Part shown: positions 17,146 through 28,941 of the stretch, piece by piece
Position numbering within the stretch: position 1 is the first letter of the stretch
Layout of the letters: each line of letters starts with the position of its first letter
From: Pseudomonadota bacterium
GTDB lineage: Bacteria; Pseudomonadota; Alphaproteobacteria; Rhodospirillales; Casp-alpha2
NCBI GenBank assembly: GCA_027624235.1
Contig: JAQBYB010000005.1
Coordinates: 1,794-65,793 of the forward strand
Reading direction: 5' to 3'
Length of the DNA stretch: 64,000 bases
Translations under genes and position numbers: made by a program
Notes under the pieces: model-generated
What the model saw: only the letters and a program-made list of their open reading frames with translations
The model's database searches: none
What the model was told of the DNA's origin: nothing

Positions 17146-17976
17146 ATGGCATTGAAATCATTCAATCCGACCTCACCGGGACTCCGCGGCCTTGTGCTTG
17201 TTGACCGCTCCGGTCTGTGGAAAGGAAAACCGGAACGGTCCCTGACCGAAGGTCTGACTAAAAAGGGTGGCCGAAATAACAATGGCAGGATCACCGCGCG
17301 CCGTCGTGGCGGCGGGCATAAACGCCGTTATCGAATTATCGATTTCAAGCGCTTGAAATACGATACGGAGGCGACGGTCGAAAGGCTGGAATACGACCCC
17401 AACCGGACGGCGTTCATCGCCTTGCTCAAGTACAGCGATGGTGAACTTAATTACATCCTGGCACCGCAGCGTTTGCGGGCTGGGGACAAGGTGATCTCAG
17501 GGAAGGCGGTCGATATCAAACCCGGCAACGCCATGCCCATGCAAAGCATTCCCGTTGGCACCATTATTCACAACATTGAAATGAAGGTCGGCAAGGGTGG
17601 TCAAGTAGCCAGGTCTGCTGGCACCTATGCCCAGATCATCGGTAAGGACCAAGGCTACGTTCAATTGAGGCTCAGCTCTGGTGAGTTGCGTTTGGTCCGT
17701 GCTGAATGCATGGCGACCATCGGCGCCGTTTCCAACCCGGACCAACAGAATATAAAGCTTGGCAAGGCCGGGCGTAATCGCTGGCTTGGCAAACGCCCAG
17801 CAGTTCGCGGTGTCGCCATGAACCCCGTCGATCATCCCCATGGCGGTGGCGAAGGCCGCACCAGTGGCGGCCGGCATCCGGTAACGCCCTGGGGCAAACC
17901 CACCAAGGGCAAGAAAACACGTTCCAACAAAAAGACGGATCGCATGATTATGCGTCGCCGTCATGCGAAGAAATAA
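17146..17976 (+). CDS. rplB: 50S ribosomal protein L2
   Basis: 276 aa, [15 protein letters not shown]..., with [14 protein letters not shown]. Confidence 0.98.
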   Translation: MALKSFNPTSPGLRGLVLVDRSGLWKGKPERSLTEGLTKKGGRNNNGRITARRRGGGHKRRYRIIDFKRLKYDTEATVERLEYDPNRTAFIALLKYSDGELNYILAPQRLRAGDKVISGKAVDIKPGNAMPMQSIPVGTIIHNIEMKVGKGGQVARSAGTYAQIIGKDQGYVQLRLSSGELRLVRAECMATIGAVSNPDQQNIKLGKAGRNRWLGKRPAVRGVAMNPVDHPHGGGEGRTSGGRHPVTPWGKPTKGKKTRSNKKTDRMIMRRRHAKK

Positions 17977-17990
17977 GGAGGACGCCCGCC

Positions 17991-18269
17991 GTGCCCCGTT
18001 CCATTTGGAAAGGACCTTTTGTCGACGGCTATCTGCTGAATAAAGCAGAGGTCATTCGCGCGGCTGCGCGTAACGACGTTATTAAGACATGGTCCCGGCG
18101 CTCTACGGTTTTGCCGCAGTTCGTTGGTTTGACCTTCGGCGTCTATAACGGCCACAAATTTATTCCAGTATTGGTGACCGAGGATATGATCGGTCACAAA
18201 CTTGGAGAGTTTTCTCCGACCCGTACGTACAACGGGCATACGGCGGACAAGAAAGCGCGGAGAGACTAG
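17991..18269 (+). CDS. rpsS: 30S ribosomal protein S19
   Basis: GTG start with an AAGGAGG RBS. 92 aa, [12 protein letters not shown]... Confidence 0.98.
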   Translation: MPRSIWKGPFVDGYLLNKAEVIRAAARNDVIKTWSRRSTVLPQFVGLTFGVYNGHKFIPVLVTEDMIGHKLGEFSPTRTYNGHTADKKARRD

Positions 18270-18272
18270 GTT

Positions 18273-18653
18273 ATGGGTAAAAAAACATTCGGACGCGGTC
18301 TGGCCGATAACGAAGCCTTGGCTTTCGCAAAGAACATTCGTGTCAGCCCGCAGAAATTGAATTTGGTGGCGGAAACCATCAGGGGCAAGAGTTGTGAGTC
18401 AGCGTTGGCTGAATTGGAATTTTCCAGACGGCGGATTTCAGGTGAGGTTAAAAAGTTATTGGAAAGCGCCATCGCCAATGCCGAAAACAACCACCAATTG
18501 GATGTCGATAAGCTTTTCGTTTCGGAAGCGACGGTCGGAAAAAGTATGGTTTTGAAACGTTGGCGCGCCCGTGCTCGTGGCCGTGTTGGCCGTATTCAGA
18601 AGCCTTTTAGCAATATGCGCTTGATTGTGCGCGAGCGTGAGGAGACAGCTTAA
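18273..18653 (+). CDS. rplV: 50S ribosomal protein L22
   Basis: 126 aa containing ...[18 protein letters not shown]... Confidence 0.97.
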   Translation: MGKKTFGRGLADNEALAFAKNIRVSPQKLNLVAETIRGKSCESALAELEFSRRRISGEVKKLLESAIANAENNHQLDVDKLFVSEATVGKSMVLKRWRARARGRVGRIQKPFSNMRLIVREREETA

Positions 18654-19330
18654 TGGGACAAAAAGTTAACCCCATCGGCCTGCGGTTAGGGATCAACCGC
18701 ACCTGGGATTCCCGTTGGTTCGCTGATGGAAATTACGCAGAGCTTCTGCATGAGGACCTGAAAATTCGGAAATTCCTTTTCAAAAAACTGTCTCAGGCCG
18801 GTGTTTCAAAAATCATTATCGAAAGGCCCGCAAAAAAGGCTCGTGTCACCATCCATACGGCTCGGCCCGGCGTCGTCATTGGCAAGAAGGGCGCCGATAT
18901 CGAAAATCTACGCCGCGAGATTTCAGAGATGACCGGTTCGGAAGCACATTTGAACATCGTCGAAATCCGTAAACCTGAAATCGAGGCCCAGTTGGTCGCG
19001 GAAAACGTCGCCCAACAGATGGAACGCCGCGTTTCCATTCGCCGCGCCATGAAACGCGTCGTGCAGGCCGCCATGAGACTTGGCGCCGAGGGTATCCGGA
19101 TCAATTGCGCCGGACGTTTGGGCGGTGCTGAAATTGCCCGCACCCAATGGTACCGCGAAGGCCGGGTTCCGTTGCATACGCTGCGCGCCAATATCGATTA
19201 TGGTGAATCTACTGCCCACACCACGTATGGCGCTTGTGGCGTCAAGGTTTGGATCTACAAGGGCGTTATTATGGCCCACGACCCAATGGCGTTAGATAAG
19301 CAAGCTCAGGAACAGCAGCCTCAGCGTTAA
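18653..19330 (+). CDS. rpsC: 30S ribosomal protein S3
   Basis: 225 aa, [24 protein letters not shown]... Its start forms a TAATG overlap with rplV. Confidence 0.98.
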   Translation: MGQKVNPIGLRLGINRTWDSRWFADGNYAELLHEDLKIRKFLFKKLSQAGVSKIIIERPAKKARVTIHTARPGVVIGKKGADIENLRREISEMTGSEAHLNIVEIRKPEIEAQLVAENVAQQMERRVSIRRAMKRVVQAAMRLGAEGIRINCAGRLGGAEIARTQWYREGRVPLHTLRANIDYGESTAHTTYGACGVKVWIYKGVIMAHDPMALDKQAQEQQPQR

Positions 19331-19366
19331 AGGCTGGGTTTGTAAGAAAATAATTGGAAGAGACCG

Positions 19367-19786
19367 ATGTTAAGTCCGAAAAATTTAAAATACCGGAAGG
19401 CCCACAAAGGGCGAATCCACGGCAAAGCCAAGGGCGGATTTACCCTGAATTTTGGCGCTTTCGGACTAAAAGCGTTGCAGCCTGAACGCGTTACGGCGCG
19501 TCAAATTGAGGCCGCCCGGCGGGCCATGACCCGCCACATGAAACGTGCCGGTCGCGTTTGGATCAGGGTGTTCCCGGATGTGCCGGTTTCAAAGAAGCCT
19601 GCCGAAGTCCGTCAGGGCAAAGGTAAGGGGGCCGTTGAATTTTGGGCCTGCCGGGTCAAACCGGGCCGGATCATGTTTGAAGTTGATGGGGTGTCGATCA
19701 ATGTCGCCAGGCGGGCGTTCGAACTTGCCGCCGCCAAGTTACCGTTAAGAACCAAATTCGTAACCCGTTTGGGTGAAGAGGGTTAA
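19367..19786 (+). CDS. rplP: 50S ribosomal protein L16
   Basis: 139 aa, [19 protein letters not shown]... Confidence 0.98.
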   Translation: MLSPKNLKYRKAHKGRIHGKAKGGFTLNFGAFGLKALQPERVTARQIEAARRAMTRHMKRAGRVWIRVFPDVPVSKKPAEVRQGKGKGAVEFWACRVKPGRIMFEVDGVSINVARRAFELAAAKLPLRTKFVTRLGEEG

Positions 19787-19790
19787 CGCC

Positions 19791-19997
19791 ATGAAAGCCG
19801 AAGATGTGCGCGCCAAATCGGATGATGAGCTGAAAGAACAGTTGTTGGACCTTCGAAAGGAATCCTTCAATCTGCGTTTTCAAAGTGTTAGTGGGCAGTT
19901 GGAAAACACTGCCCGGGTTCGTGATGTGCGCCGCTCCATTGGGCAGGTCAAGACGATTATAAATGAACGCCACCGCGCTGCGGTCAAAGCGTCCTAA
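19791..19997 (+). CDS. rpmC: 50S ribosomal protein L29
   Basis: The ATG at 19791 lies just after the rplP stop, and is preferred over the upstream GTG at 19773 that overlaps rplP. 68 aa, [31 protein letters not shown]... Confidence 0.93.
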   Translation: MKAEDVRAKSDDELKEQLLDLRKESFNLRFQSVSGQLENTARVRDVRRSIGQVKTIINERHRAAVKAS

Positions 19998-20011
19998 GGA
20001 GTACGAAGACA

Positions 20012-20248
20012 ATGCCTAAACGCGTTATGCAGGGTGTCGTTGTCAGCGACAAGATGAATAAAACGGTGACCGTAAAGGTTGAACGGCGAATCATGCATCC
20101 GCTGTACAAAAAGTTCATTCTCCGGTCCAAGAAATATGCCGCGCACGATGAAGACAACGCCTGCAAGGTCGGTGATATCGTCAGCATTCGAGAATGCAGG
20201 CCGATTTCGAAACGTAAGAAATGGGAAGTTCTGAGCGAAGGCGCCTAA
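20012..20248 (+). CDS. rpsQ: 30S ribosomal protein S17
   Basis: 78 aa, [26 protein letters not shown]... Confidence 0.97.
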   Translation: MPKRVMQGVVVSDKMNKTVTVKVERRIMHPLYKKFILRSKKYAAHDEDNACKVGDIVSIRECRPISKRKKWEVLSEGA

Positions 20249-20285
20249 AGGCGATGCTCCAAGAACGAAATAAGGACAAGAGACG

Positions 20286-20654
20286 ATGATTCAAGTCGAG
20301 ACAAATCTAGAGGTTGCCGACAATTCGGGCGCTCGCCGGGTTCAGTGCATTAAAGTGCTGGGTGGTTCCAAGCGCCGGTATGCCTCTGTTGGCGACATCA
20401 TCGTCGTTAGCATTAAAGAGGCTATTCCCCGCGGTCGCGTCAAAAAAGGGGAAGTCGCCAAAGCCGTCGTCGTCAGAACGGCCAAGGATATCCATCGTCC
20501 GGATGGTTCAGTGATCCGGTTTGATTCCAATGCTGCAGTGTTGATCAATCCGCAGGGCGAACCCATCGGCACCCGCATTTTCGGTCCTGTTACCCGTGAG
20601 TTGCGCGCCAAAAAATACATGAAAATTATTTCTCTGGCGCCCGAGGTGCTGTGA
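20286..20654 (+). CDS. rplN: 50S ribosomal protein L14
   Basis: 122 aa, [27 protein letters not shown]... Confidence 0.98.
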   Translation: MIQVETNLEVADNSGARRVQCIKVLGGSKRRYASVGDIIVVSIKEAIPRGRVKKGEVAKAVVVRTAKDIHRPDGSVIRFDSNAAVLINPQGEPIGTRIFGPVTRELRAKKYMKIISLAPEVL

Positions 20655-20977
20655 TGGCTGAAAAATTAAAAATCAAGAAAGGCGACCGGGTAATCGTGAT
20701 CTCCGGCAGGGACAAGGGTAAAGCCGGCGATGTCCTGAAGGTCGTTCCGCAGAAGAACCGCGCCATCGTTCAGGGCGTCAATATGATCAAACGTCACCAA
20801 CGGCCTAGCCAGACCGTGCAAGGTGGCATCGTCGAAAAAGAGGCTGCAATCGATATTTCCAATCTGGCCCATATCGACCCCAAGGACCAAAAAGCTACCC
20901 GCATCGGCTTTAAGATCCTTGAAGGTGGCCGTAAAGTTCGCTTCGCCAAACGCTCCGGCGAAGTCATCGACACGTAA
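20654..20977 (+). CDS. rplX: 50S ribosomal protein L24
   Basis: ATG at 20654 forms a TGATG overlap with the rplN stop; a GTG at 20651 is also possible. Product is [23 protein letters not shown]... Confidence 0.95.
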   Translation: MAEKLKIKKGDRVIVISGRDKGKAGDVLKVVPQKNRAIVQGVNMIKRHQRPSQTVQGGIVEKEAAIDISNLAHIDPKDQKATRIGFKILEGGRKVRFAKRSGEVIDT

Positions 20978-20992
20978 ACGGATTGAATAAGC

Positions 20993-21715
20993 ATGACACG
21001 CTTGCAAGAACATTACATAAGTACGGTTAAGCCGAACCTGATAAAGGAATTCGGTTACAAAAACGCCATGCAGGCACCGCGGTTGGACAAAATTGTCATC
21101 AACATGGGTGTTGGCGAAGGCGCTTTGGACAAGAAAAAAGTCGTTGCTGCTGCCGAGGAATTAGCCCTGATCGCCGGTCAGAAGGCGGTCATTACCAAGG
21201 CCAAAAAATCCATTGCCGCCTTCAAGTTGCGCGATGGCATGACGGTCGGCTGCAAGGTTACGCTCAGGCGTCAACGCATGTATGAGTTTCTTGACCGACT
21301 GATCACCATTGCCTTGCCCAGAGTTCGAGATTTCCGCGGTATTCCTTCCTCCAGTTTTGACGGTTCCGGAAATTTTGCTCTTGGTTTGAAAGAACAGATC
21401 GTTTTCCCGGAAATCGATTATGACCAAGTGGCCCAAGTCAGAGGCATGAATGTGGTGATTTGCACCACGGCTAAGACCGATGAAGAGGCAAGGGCGCTAC
21501 TTAAGGGGTTCGACATGCCGTTCAGTGGCAGGAATCTTGAAAAAGAGAAGGAAGAGGAAGCCGCCCGTCGGGCCCAACAGGAAGCAGTGCAACAAGTTGC
21601 CCGTGATGCTCTGAAAGAAGTCGAGGACACCGAAAACCCTGACGATAAGGCGAAGACCAATACCCGCGAAACCTCGGGTGGTGACGACTCTAATGGAGAA
21701 GAGCCCAATGGCTAA
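20993..21715 (+). CDS. rplE: 50S ribosomal protein L5 with a 63-aa charged C-terminal extension
   Basis: 240 aa. The L5 core is MTRLQEHY...[14 protein letters not shown], followed by an acidic/lysine-rich tail that ends inside the rpsN start (ATGGCTAA). Confidence 0.96.
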   Translation: MTRLQEHYISTVKPNLIKEFGYKNAMQAPRLDKIVINMGVGEGALDKKKVVAAAEELALIAGQKAVITKAKKSIAAFKLRDGMTVGCKVTLRRQRMYEFLDRLITIALPRVRDFRGIPSSSFDGSGNFALGLKEQIVFPEIDYDQVAQVRGMNVVICTTAKTDEEARALLKGFDMPFSGRNLEKEKEEEAARRAQQEAVQQVARDALKEVEDTENPDDKAKTNTRETSGGDDSNGEEPNG

Positions 21716-22013
21716 AAAAAGCTCAATCGAAAGAAACAAGAAACGGACCCGCTTGGCAAAAAAATATGCGACCAAGCGCGCAGCCCTTAAAGCTGATGCC
21801 AGTGATAAGTCGCTTTCGCCAGAAGACCGTTTTGCCGCCAATGTTAAAATGGCTCAATTGCCGCGCAATTCGTCGGTTGTTCGTCAAAGACTGCGTTGCG
21901 AGCTTACGGGTCGGCCACGTGGGAATTACCGTAAATTTAAACTCAGCCGCATTGCGTTGCGCTTATTGGCCTTGTCCGGGCAGATCCCCGGCATGGTCAA
22001 ATCCAGCTGGTAA
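21708..22013 (+). CDS. rpsN: 30S ribosomal protein S14
   Basis: ATG at 21708; 101 aa, [20 protein letters not shown]...[11 protein letters not shown]. The longer ORF-track start at 21678 would add non-conserved residues. Confidence 0.95.
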   Translation: MAKKSSIERNKKRTRLAKKYATKRAALKADASDKSLSPEDRFAANVKMAQLPRNSSVVRQRLRCELTGRPRGNYRKFKLSRIALRLLALSGQIPGMVKSSW

Positions 22014-22026
22014 GGAGAGACGTTTA

Positions 22027-22425
22027 ATGTCTATGACCGATCCTTTGGCCGATATGCTGACCCGCATCCGTAACGGACAGCGGGCAAAGAAAACCAGGGT
22101 TACGTCCCCGGCGTCCAAATTGCGCACCAGTGTTCTTGACGTTCTCAAACGGGAAGGGTTCATCCGTAATTTCACCCACAACGAAGTCCGTTCCGGGGTC
22201 ATGGAAATTGAAATAGAGCTGAAATATCACGAGGGAGACCCCGTGATCCGTGAAATTAGCCGTATTTCAACACCTGGCCGGCGTGTTTATTCGGGCATTA
22301 AAGACCTGCCCAGATTTTATGACGGTCTTGGTATTTCGATCCTGTCAACGCCCCGTGGTGTGCTTTCCGATTCTGAAGCACGCGACCAAAATGTCGGTGG
22401 CGAAATTCTTTGTCAGGTTTTTTAA
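22027..22425 (+). CDS. rpsH: 30S ribosomal protein S8
   Basis: ATG at 22027; 132 aa, [18 protein letters not shown]... The ORF-track start at 21766 lies inside rpsN and is an artefact. Confidence 0.96.
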   Translation: MSMTDPLADMLTRIRNGQRAKKTRVTSPASKLRTSVLDVLKREGFIRNFTHNEVRSGVMEIEIELKYHEGDPVIREISRISTPGRRVYSGIKDLPRFYDGLGISILSTPRGVLSDSEARDQNVGGEILCQVF

Positions 22426-22455
22426 GGTCTGTAGCGGAACGAGTGGAAGATACCT

Positions 22456-22989
22456 ATGTCGCGAATTGGTAAAGCCCCAGTAGAAATCCCGGACGGCGTA
22501 AGCGTCGATATTTCCGGTCTCATTGTTACAGTGAAGGGAAAGTTGGGTGAACTCAGCGCAACCTTGACCGATGACGTGGAAATTGGCCAAGAGGGAAATT
22601 TGCTGTCAGTGAAGCCACGCAATGACAGTCCTCTGGCCCGTAAAATGTGGGGAACGACCCAGAGTCTTCTCAGCAACTTGGTTACCGGTGTGAATGAGGG
22701 GTTCTCTCGTAATTTGGAAATCCAGGGCGTCGGTTACCGAGCCCAGGTCCAAGGCGAGAATTTAGTTCTTCAGTTGGGTTTCAGTCACGAAGTCCTGTTC
22801 CCGATTCCAGAAGGCATTAAGATTCAATGCTCCGATCAAACCCATATTAACGTTTCCGGAAACGATAAGTCACGGGTCGGCCAAACGGCTGCTGAGATCA
22901 GGAGATACCGTCCACCGGAGCCTTATAAAGGCAAGGGCATCAGATACGAAGGTGAGTTTGTCTACCGTAAGGAGGGCAAGAAGAAGTAA
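22456..22989 (+). CDS. rplF: 50S ribosomal protein L6
   Basis: 177 aa, [18 protein letters not shown]... Confidence 0.97.
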   Translation: MSRIGKAPVEIPDGVSVDISGLIVTVKGKLGELSATLTDDVEIGQEGNLLSVKPRNDSPLARKMWGTTQSLLSNLVTGVNEGFSRNLEIQGVGYRAQVQGENLVLQLGFSHEVLFPIPEGIKIQCSDQTHINVSGNDKSRVGQTAAEIRRYRPPEPYKGKGIRYEGEFVYRKEGKKK

Positions 22990-23351
22990 TGGGAAATTCA
23001 AAGGAATTATTTAATCGACGCAAAGGACGCACGCGTCAGAAAGTTCGGCGCAAATCCGAACTACGGCCCCGGCTGTCCGTTTTCCGGTCCGGCAAGCACA
23101 TCTATGCTCAGGTTATTGATGATCGCCAACAAGTAACGCTGGCGGCGGCCTCGACCCTGGAAAAAGACTTGCTGGGTAAATTAAAAAGTGGTGCCGATGT
23201 CGATGCTGCTGGCCAAGTCGGTAAAATCATTGCCGAAAGGGCTATCGCCAAGGGGGTCAAGAGTGTTGTCTTCGACCGTGGCGGATACAAATTCCATGGC
23301 CGGGTCAAAGCCTTGGCCGATGCCGCCCGTGAGGGCGGTCTGAATTTCTAG
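22989..23351 (+). CDS. rplR: 50S ribosomal protein L18
   Basis: 120 aa containing ...[18 protein letters not shown]...[26 protein letters not shown]. Confidence 0.97.
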   Translation: MGNSKELFNRRKGRTRQKVRRKSELRPRLSVFRSGKHIYAQVIDDRQQVTLAAASTLEKDLLGKLKSGADVDAAGQVGKIIAERAIAKGVKSVVFDRGGYKFHGRVKALADAAREGGLNF

Positions 23352-23361
23352 GAGAGCACGA

Positions 23362-24015
23362 ATGGCGGAAGAACAAACTCCCTCACCACAAAACCGAGGC
23401 GCTCCCGCGGGCGGTCCCGGCAGAGGTCGTCCTGGTGGCGGTGGCAGAGGCCGTCCGGGCGGTGGCAGAGGTCGGGAAAATCAACGCGAAGAAGGTGATG
23501 ATCTTCTCGACAAACTAGTGCACATCAATCGTGTCGCCAAGGTGGTCAAGGGTGGCCGACGGTTCTCGTTCGGCGCCCTGGTCGTTGTTGGTGACGGGCG
23601 TGGCCGTGTCGGTTTTGGTACCGGCAAGGCGCGAGAAGTTCCCGAAGCCATTCGCAAGGCAACCGATCAGGCCAAGCGTAAGATGGTTCAAATTCCCCTG
23701 AGGGAGGGCCGGACCCTGCATCACGACGTTCAAGGACGTTATGGCGCCGGACGCGTGGTCATCAGGTCGGCGCCGCCGGGGACTGGTGTTATTGCCGGTG
23801 GCCCCATGCGCGCCGTGTTTGAGACCATGGGTGTTCAGGATGTGGTTGCTAAATCCATCGGTTCCTCCAATCCTCATAACATGGTCAAGGCCACGTTCCA
23901 GGCTCTTCAGACTTGTTCCTCACCGAGAAGTGTTGCTACCCGGCGTGGTAAAAAGGTTGCCGATATCGTTTCTCGTCGTGGCGGCGCCCCGGCGGAAGCC
24001 CAGGCTAAGGAATAA
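23362..24015 (+). CDS. rpsE: 30S ribosomal protein S5 with an RG/GG-rich N-terminal extension
   Basis: 217 aa. The S5 core is ...[35 protein letters not shown]..., and the first ~45 aa are Gly/Arg/Pro-rich. Confidence 0.96.
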   Translation: MAEEQTPSPQNRGAPAGGPGRGRPGGGGRGRPGGGRGRENQREEGDDLLDKLVHINRVAKVVKGGRRFSFGALVVVGDGRGRVGFGTGKAREVPEAIRKATDQAKRKMVQIPLREGRTLHHDVQGRYGAGRVVIRSAPPGTGVIAGGPMRAVFETMGVQDVVAKSIGSSNPHNMVKATFQALQTCSSPRSVATRRGKKVADIVSRRGGAPAEAQAKE

Positions 24016-24019
24016 CGCC

Positions 24020-24217
24020 ATGGCCGAGAGCAAAAAATCAGGGACCGTTAAAGTCACTCAAACCGGCAGTGCAATTGGACGACCGGGAGATCAACGTGCG
24101 ACGTTGATAGGGCTGGGTCTCAATAAAATGCATAAAACGCGTGAGCTTGAGAATACGCCCGCGGTCCAGGGCATGATTGACAAGGTTCGCCATCTGGTCC
24201 GTGTGGATGAAGACTGA
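24020..24217 (+). CDS. rpmD: 50S ribosomal protein L30
   Basis: ATG at 24020; 65 aa, [39 protein letters not shown]... The longer ORF-track frame overlaps rpsE. Confidence 0.95.
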   Translation: MAESKKSGTVKVTQTGSAIGRPGDQRATLIGLGLNKMHKTRELENTPAVQGMIDKVRHLVRVDED

Positions 24218-24235
24218 GATAAGGAAGTTTAAGAC

Positions 24236-24871
24236 ATGCGACTTAATGAATTAAAAGACCGTCAAGGTGCGCACAAGGCCCGTAAAAGGGTCGGTCGTGG
24301 TATTGGCTCTGGTACCGGAAAGACTTCCGGTAAAGGTCAAAAAGGACAAAAATCCAGAAGTGGTGTCTCTCTTCTCGGTTTTGAAGGCGGCCAGATGCCT
24401 CTTTTCCGCCGCCTTCCGAAACGCGGGTTCAAGAATCCGTTTTCCAAGGACTATGCTGAGCTCACCCTCGGCGACCTTGAAAAAGCAGTGGCCAAGGGAA
24501 AGGTGGATTCTAAGAAACCTCTTACCGAGGAAGTGTTGCTTGCCGGCGGTGTGGTTAAAAAAAGCCGCGACGGAGTGCGGTTGTTGGCAACGGGCGAATT
24601 GAAAACTAAGCTGTCCATTGAAGTGACCGGCGCGACGAAGGGCGCCATTGCCGCCGTTGAAAAGGCAGGCGGCAGCATTACCGTCACGCCGCCGAAAGCG
24701 AGAATAGAAGGCAAGGGCAGGGCGCGTCACCGCAAATTCATGGAAGGCGCGGATGCTAGGAATATTAAAAAAGCTCAGCCCGAGGCCGACGAACAAGCCG
24801 AGAATAAAGCCGATGATAGCAAAGAAGCTAAAGACGGCGGGGCCGGCGAGACCGGTCAGGACGAAAGTTAA
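24236..24871 (+). CDS. rplO: 50S ribosomal protein L15 with a ~60-aa charged C-terminal extension
   Basis: 211 aa, [39 protein letters not shown]... The tail after ...AGGSITVT is Lys/Glu/Asp/Ala-rich. Confidence 0.96.
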   Translation: MRLNELKDRQGAHKARKRVGRGIGSGTGKTSGKGQKGQKSRSGVSLLGFEGGQMPLFRRLPKRGFKNPFSKDYAELTLGDLEKAVAKGKVDSKKPLTEEVLLAGGVVKKSRDGVRLLATGELKTKLSIEVTGATKGAIAAVEKAGGSITVTPPKARIEGKGRARHRKFMEGADARNIKKAQPEADEQAENKADDSKEAKDGGAGETGQDES

Positions 24872-24880
24872 AGGGAGCCC

Positions 24881-26221
24881 ATGGCATCAGCGGCCGAACA
24901 ATTTGCGTCCAATTTGAATTTCGGGGCCTTCTCCAAAGCCACTGAACTGAAGAAGCGTATTTGGTTCACTCTTGGCGCTTTGATTATTTATCGCTTAGGG
25001 ACTTATATCCCGCTGCCTGGGATCAATCCGGCAGTGTTGCAGGATATCTTTAAGCAGAACCAGGGCGGTGTCCTGGGAATGTTTGATATGTTCGCTGGCG
25101 GTGCGTTGAGCCGTATGACCATTTTTGCCCTTAATATCATGCCTTACATTTCGGCCTCCATCATCATGCAGTTGATGACGGCGGTGTCACCTCAGTTGGA
25201 GGCGTTAAAGAAAGAGGGCGAAACAGGCCGCAAAAAAATAAATCAATATACCCGCTACGGTACTGTATTGATTGCTGCGCTACAGGCCTATGGAATCTCC
25301 GCCGGTATCGAGGGCATGAGTTCCAGCGCCGGTCCTGCGGTTGCGGAACCCGGCCTTTTCTTCCGCTTTCAAGTTGTCGTGACGTTGGTCGGCGGAACAA
25401 TTTTCCTGATGTGGTTGGGTGAGCAGATCACTGCCAGGGGGGTTGGTAACGGAATTTCCCTGATTATTTTCTCCGGTATCGTCGCCAATCTTCCCAGCGC
25501 CCTTGCCGGCACCTTGGAACTTGGACGGACGGGGGCATTGTCCACGGGATTTATCATTTTCCTCTTGTTGATGTCCGTCGGCGTTATTTTCTTTATTGTT
25601 TTTGTTGAACGCGCCCAGCGCCGGATTCTTATCCAATATCCGAAACGACAGCGCGGCAACAAAATGTCTGGCGGCGAAAGCTCTCATTTGCCGTTAAAGA
25701 TTAATACTGCCGGGGTTATCCCGCCTATTTTCGCGTCGTCTCTTTTGTTGATGCCAATTACGGTGATCGGATTTTCCGCTGGCACCGGTCCTGAGTGGTT
25801 GACCCAGATGGCGGCCTATTTGGGGCGCGGCCAGCCTGTGTATTTGATTATTTATGTTTCCATGGTTGTGTTTTTTGCCTTTTTCTATACGGCAGTGGTG
25901 TTTAATCCTGCGGATACGGCCGACAACCTTAAGAAATATGGCGGGTTCATCCCCGGCATCCGGCCGGGAAATAACACCACGGAATATCTTGACTGGGTTC
26001 TGACCCGTTTGACCGTTGTCGGCGCCGCATATTTAGCAGCGATTGTCCTTTTACCGGAACTTTTGATTTCCCAGTATTCGGTGCCGTTCTATTTCGGTGG
26101 CACCAGTTTGCTGATCGTCGTGACCGTTACCATGGACACGGTCGCTCAAGTGCAATCTCATTTATTGGCGCATCAATACGAAGGCCTGATTAAAAAATCT
26201 AAACTCAGGGGTCGGCGCTAA
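24881..26221 (+). CDS. secY: Preprotein translocase subunit SecY
   Basis: 446 aa and polytopic, with ...[23 protein letters not shown]..., in the conserved position after rplO. Confidence 0.98.
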   Translation: MASAAEQFASNLNFGAFSKATELKKRIWFTLGALIIYRLGTYIPLPGINPAVLQDIFKQNQGGVLGMFDMFAGGALSRMTIFALNIMPYISASIIMQLMTAVSPQLEALKKEGETGRKKINQYTRYGTVLIAALQAYGISAGIEGMSSSAGPAVAEPGLFFRFQVVVTLVGGTIFLMWLGEQITARGVGNGISLIIFSGIVANLPSALAGTLELGRTGALSTGFIIFLLLMSVGVIFFIVFVERAQRRILIQYPKRQRGNKMSGGESSHLPLKINTAGVIPPIFASSLLLMPITVIGFSAGTGPEWLTQMAAYLGRGQPVYLIIYVSMVVFFAFFYTAVVFNPADTADNLKKYGGFIPGIRPGNNTTEYLDWVLTRLTVVGAAYLAAIVLLPELLISQYSVPFYFGGTSLLIVVTVTMDTVAQVQSHLLAHQYEGLIKKSKLRGRR

Positions 26222-26865
26222 TGAATTTGATTTTGATGGGCCCCCCTGGGGCGGGTAAAGGAACTCAAGCCCAGCGCTTGCAGAAAACCTATTCCATTAT
26301 CCAGTTGTCCACCGGTGACATGCTTCGCGCGGAGGTGGCTTCCGGCAGCGACCTGGGCAAGCAGTTCAAGGAAGTGATGGATTCCGGCGGATTGGTGTCC
26401 GACGCCATGATTATCGCCATGATTTCATCCCGCATTGATCAGGATGATTGCAAAAATGGGTTCATTTTGGATGGTTTTCCGCGGACCACGCCACAGGCCG
26501 AGGCCCTGGACCAGATGCTTGCCGAAAAAGAGCTCAAAATCGATCATGTGATTGAAATGAAGGTTGATGATGATGCAATGGTCAAGCGGATCACAGGTCG
26601 TTTTACCTGCGCCGGGTGTGGCGCCGGCTATCACGATGAGTTCCAAAAGCCTGAAAAGGAAGGCGTTTGTGATCAATGCGAAGGCGGAAAATTCACCCGT
26701 CGCGATGATGATATCGAAGAAACCGTACGTTCCAGGCTTCAGATCTACCATGATCAAACAGCGCCGATCCTGGATTATTACAAAGATAAAGGCGTAATGG
26801 AGACCGTGGACGGTATGGCCGTTATTGATGACGTGACGGAGCAGATGAATGCCGTTTTGGGTTAA
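26221..26865 (+). CDS. adk: Adenylate kinase
   Basis: 214 aa, [18 protein letters not shown]... The lid carries CxxC...CxxC (CAGCG...CDQCEG). Confidence 0.98.
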   Translation: MNLILMGPPGAGKGTQAQRLQKTYSIIQLSTGDMLRAEVASGSDLGKQFKEVMDSGGLVSDAMIIAMISSRIDQDDCKNGFILDGFPRTTPQAEALDQMLAEKELKIDHVIEMKVDDDAMVKRITGRFTCAGCGAGYHDEFQKPEKEGVCDQCEGGKFTRRDDDIEETVRSRLQIYHDQTAPILDYYKDKGVMETVDGMAVIDDVTEQMNAVLG

Positions 26866-26897
26866 ACAAAAGGGGAATATAAGTGGTGTGGAGCGTG

Positions 26898-26925
26898 TTG
26901 ACTTGAAGTTATCAACCCCTATAAT
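26898..26925 (+). promoter_or_regulatory. Consensus sigma70 promoter for rpsM-rpsK-rpoA-rplQ
   Basis: TTGACT (26898-26903), a 16-nt spacer, then TATAAT (26920-26925), 68 nt upstream of rpsM. Confidence 0.7.
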
Positions 26926-26993
26926 CGCGCCTCTTCCGGGCACCCATCGGACACTAAATATTGTTTTTTTCCATGCTTTAAGGAGAACGAGCC

Positions 26994-27365
26994 TTGGCGC
27001 GTATTGCTGGCGTTAATATTCCTACCGGAAAGCGAGTCGTTGTTGCACTCACTTATATTCACGGTATCGGTCCTACATCCTCGCGGAAAATCTGCGCGGA
27101 TATTGGAATTCCATTGGGGCGTAGGGTGAATGACCTGACCGATGTCGAATTAGGCCGGATCCGTGAAGCCATCGACCAGGATTTTCAAGTTGAAGGTGAT
27201 CTCCGCAGGGAAGTCGCGATGAATATCAAACGGTTGATGGACCTTGGTTGCTACAGGGGCTTGCGCCATCGTCGAGGGCTTCCTGTCCGAGGGCAGAGAA
27301 CCCATACCAATGCGCGCACTCGCAAGGGTCCCGCAAAAACCATCGCCGGTAAGAAGACCGTTTAG
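26994..27365 (+). CDS. rpsM: 30S ribosomal protein S13
   Basis: TTG start with an AAGGAG RBS. 123 aa, [26 protein letters not shown]... Confidence 0.97.
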   Translation: MARIAGVNIPTGKRVVVALTYIHGIGPTSSRKICADIGIPLGRRVNDLTDVELGRIREAIDQDFQVEGDLRREVAMNIKRLMDLGCYRGLRHRRGLPVRGQRTHTNARTRKGPAKTIAGKKTV

Positions 27366-27383
27366 GCGCATCTAGAGGAAAAA

Positions 27384-27776
27384 ATGGCAAAACCAACAAC
27401 TCAAAAGCCGCGCCGCCGAGAGCGCAAAAACATCGTGTCTGGCATTGCCCATGTCAATGCCACCTTCAACAACACGATGATTACAATTTCTGATGCCCAG
27501 GGCAATACTATTGCCTGGTCGTCGGCGGGTTCTCAGGGGTTTAAGGGCTCCAGAAAATCCACCCCCTATGCCGCGCAAGTCGCGGGCGAGGAGGCTGGAA
27601 AAAAAGCCATGGAACATGGCATGAAAACCCTCGAGGTTCTGGTTAAAGGCCCTGGTTCGGGCCGTGAATCGGCTTTGCGCGCGCTGCAGGCCGTCGGTTT
27701 CACAATTACCGCTATTCGAGATGTGACGCCGATACCCCATAATGGTTGTCGACCCCGGAAACGCCGTCGGGTTTAA
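27384..27776 (+). CDS. rpsK: 30S ribosomal protein S11
   Basis: 130 aa containing ...[30 protein letters not shown]... Confidence 0.98.
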   Translation: MAKPTTQKPRRRERKNIVSGIAHVNATFNNTMITISDAQGNTIAWSSAGSQGFKGSRKSTPYAAQVAGEEAGKKAMEHGMKTLEVLVKGPGSGRESALRALQAVGFTITAIRDVTPIPHNGCRPRKRRRV

Positions 27777-27924
27777 GACGGATTGTATAAGTCGCATTCA
27801 GTGCGGCGGAACGAAGGGTTTCGTTCCAAAAATAGCCAGTCCGAAATGGATTTGGTGATTAGTATTTAGGGAAGGCTCTTTCTTATGCGCCTTCTATTAA
27901 CGTCGTGAGCGTGAGGTCACACAA

Positions 27925-28941
27925 GTGTTTCAAAAAAACTGGAAAGAACTAATCAAACCGTCAAAACTCGATGTGCAGCCGGGTGCCGATGCGGCGCGTA
28001 CGGCGACCATTGTTGCCGGACCGCTTGAAAGAGGCTTCGGCCTGACCCTCGGCAATGCGCTGAGACGGGTCTTGTTGTCATCTTTGCAAGGCGCTGCGGT
28101 AACTTCGGTGCAGATCGAAGGCGTACTTCATGAATTTTCCGCAATTCCGGGCGTCCGCGAAGATGTTACGGACATTGTGCTCAATATTAAGTCCCTTGAT
28201 ATAAAGTTGTCGGCGGAAGGCCCGAAGCGCTTAACGCTAAAGGCTTCCGGCCCCGGTGAAGTTAAGGCCTCGGCAATCGAAACCGGTGCCGATATCGAAA
28301 TCATGAACCCGGACCTTATTATTTGTCACCTGGATAAGGGCGCCAAGCTGAATATGGAACTGACCGTGGAAAATGGTAAAGGGTATGTGCCGGCAGCCCA
28401 AAACCGACCGGAAGAAAGCCCCATCGGCCTGATCCCTGTGGACGCCGCGTTCTCGCCGGTGCGCAAGGTAACCTATAAGGTTGATAACTCCCGTGTCGGC
28501 CAGGTCACTGATCACGACAAACTCAGCTTGGAAGTGACGACCAGCGGTGTTGTTTCGCCTGAGGATGCCGTCGCCTTGGCTGCGCGTATTTTGCAAGATC
28601 AATTGGCTTTATTCATTAACTTCGATGAGCCGAAAGCCGCTCTTGCCGAAAGTCGAGAAGAAGAACTGCCATTCAATAAGAATCTGCTTCGCAAGGTGGA
28701 TGAACTGGAGCTTTCAGTGCGTTCGGCCAATTGCTTGAAGAACGATAACATTATCTACATCGGCGATCTGGTCCAGAAAAGTGAGACGGACATGCTGCGA
28801 ACGCCGAATTTTGGACGTAAGTCGCTGAATGAAATTAAGGAAGTGTTGGGTCAGATGGGCCTTCATTTGGGTATGGAAATTCCCAATTGGCCGCCCGAAA
28901 ACATTGAAGACCTGGCGAAGAGGCTGGACGATCCGTTCTAA
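27925..28941 (+). CDS. rpoA: DNA-directed RNA polymerase subunit alpha
   Basis: GTG start; 338 aa, [15 protein letters not shown]... The C-terminal domain has ...[23 protein letters not shown]... Confidence 0.98.
   Translation: MFQKNWKELIKPSKLDVQPGADAARTATIVAGPLERGFGLTLGNALRRVLLSSLQGAAVTSVQIEGVLHEFSAIPGVREDVTDIVLNIKSLDIKLSAEGPKRLTLKASGPGEVKASAIETGADIEIMNPDLIICHLDKGAKLNMELTVENGKGYVPAAQNRPEESPIGLIPVDAAFSPVRKVTYKVDNSRVGQVTDHDKLSLEVTTSGVVSPEDAVALAARILQDQLALFINFDEPKAALAESREEELPFNKNLLRKVDELELSVRSANCLKNDNIIYIGDLVQKSETDMLRTPNFGRKSLNEIKEVLGQMGLHLGMEIPNWPPENIEDLAKRLDDPF

Noticed and set aside
21766-22026. Long N-terminal extension of rpsH in the ORF track (219 aa); analogous upstream starts occur for rpsN (21678), rpmD (23741), pccB (39630), mgtE (55252), thiolase (62355) and cupin (61874)
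   Set aside because: These extensions overlap the preceding gene, tRNA or terminator and add non-conserved residues. In each case an internal ATG or GTG with an RBS gives the canonical N-terminus.
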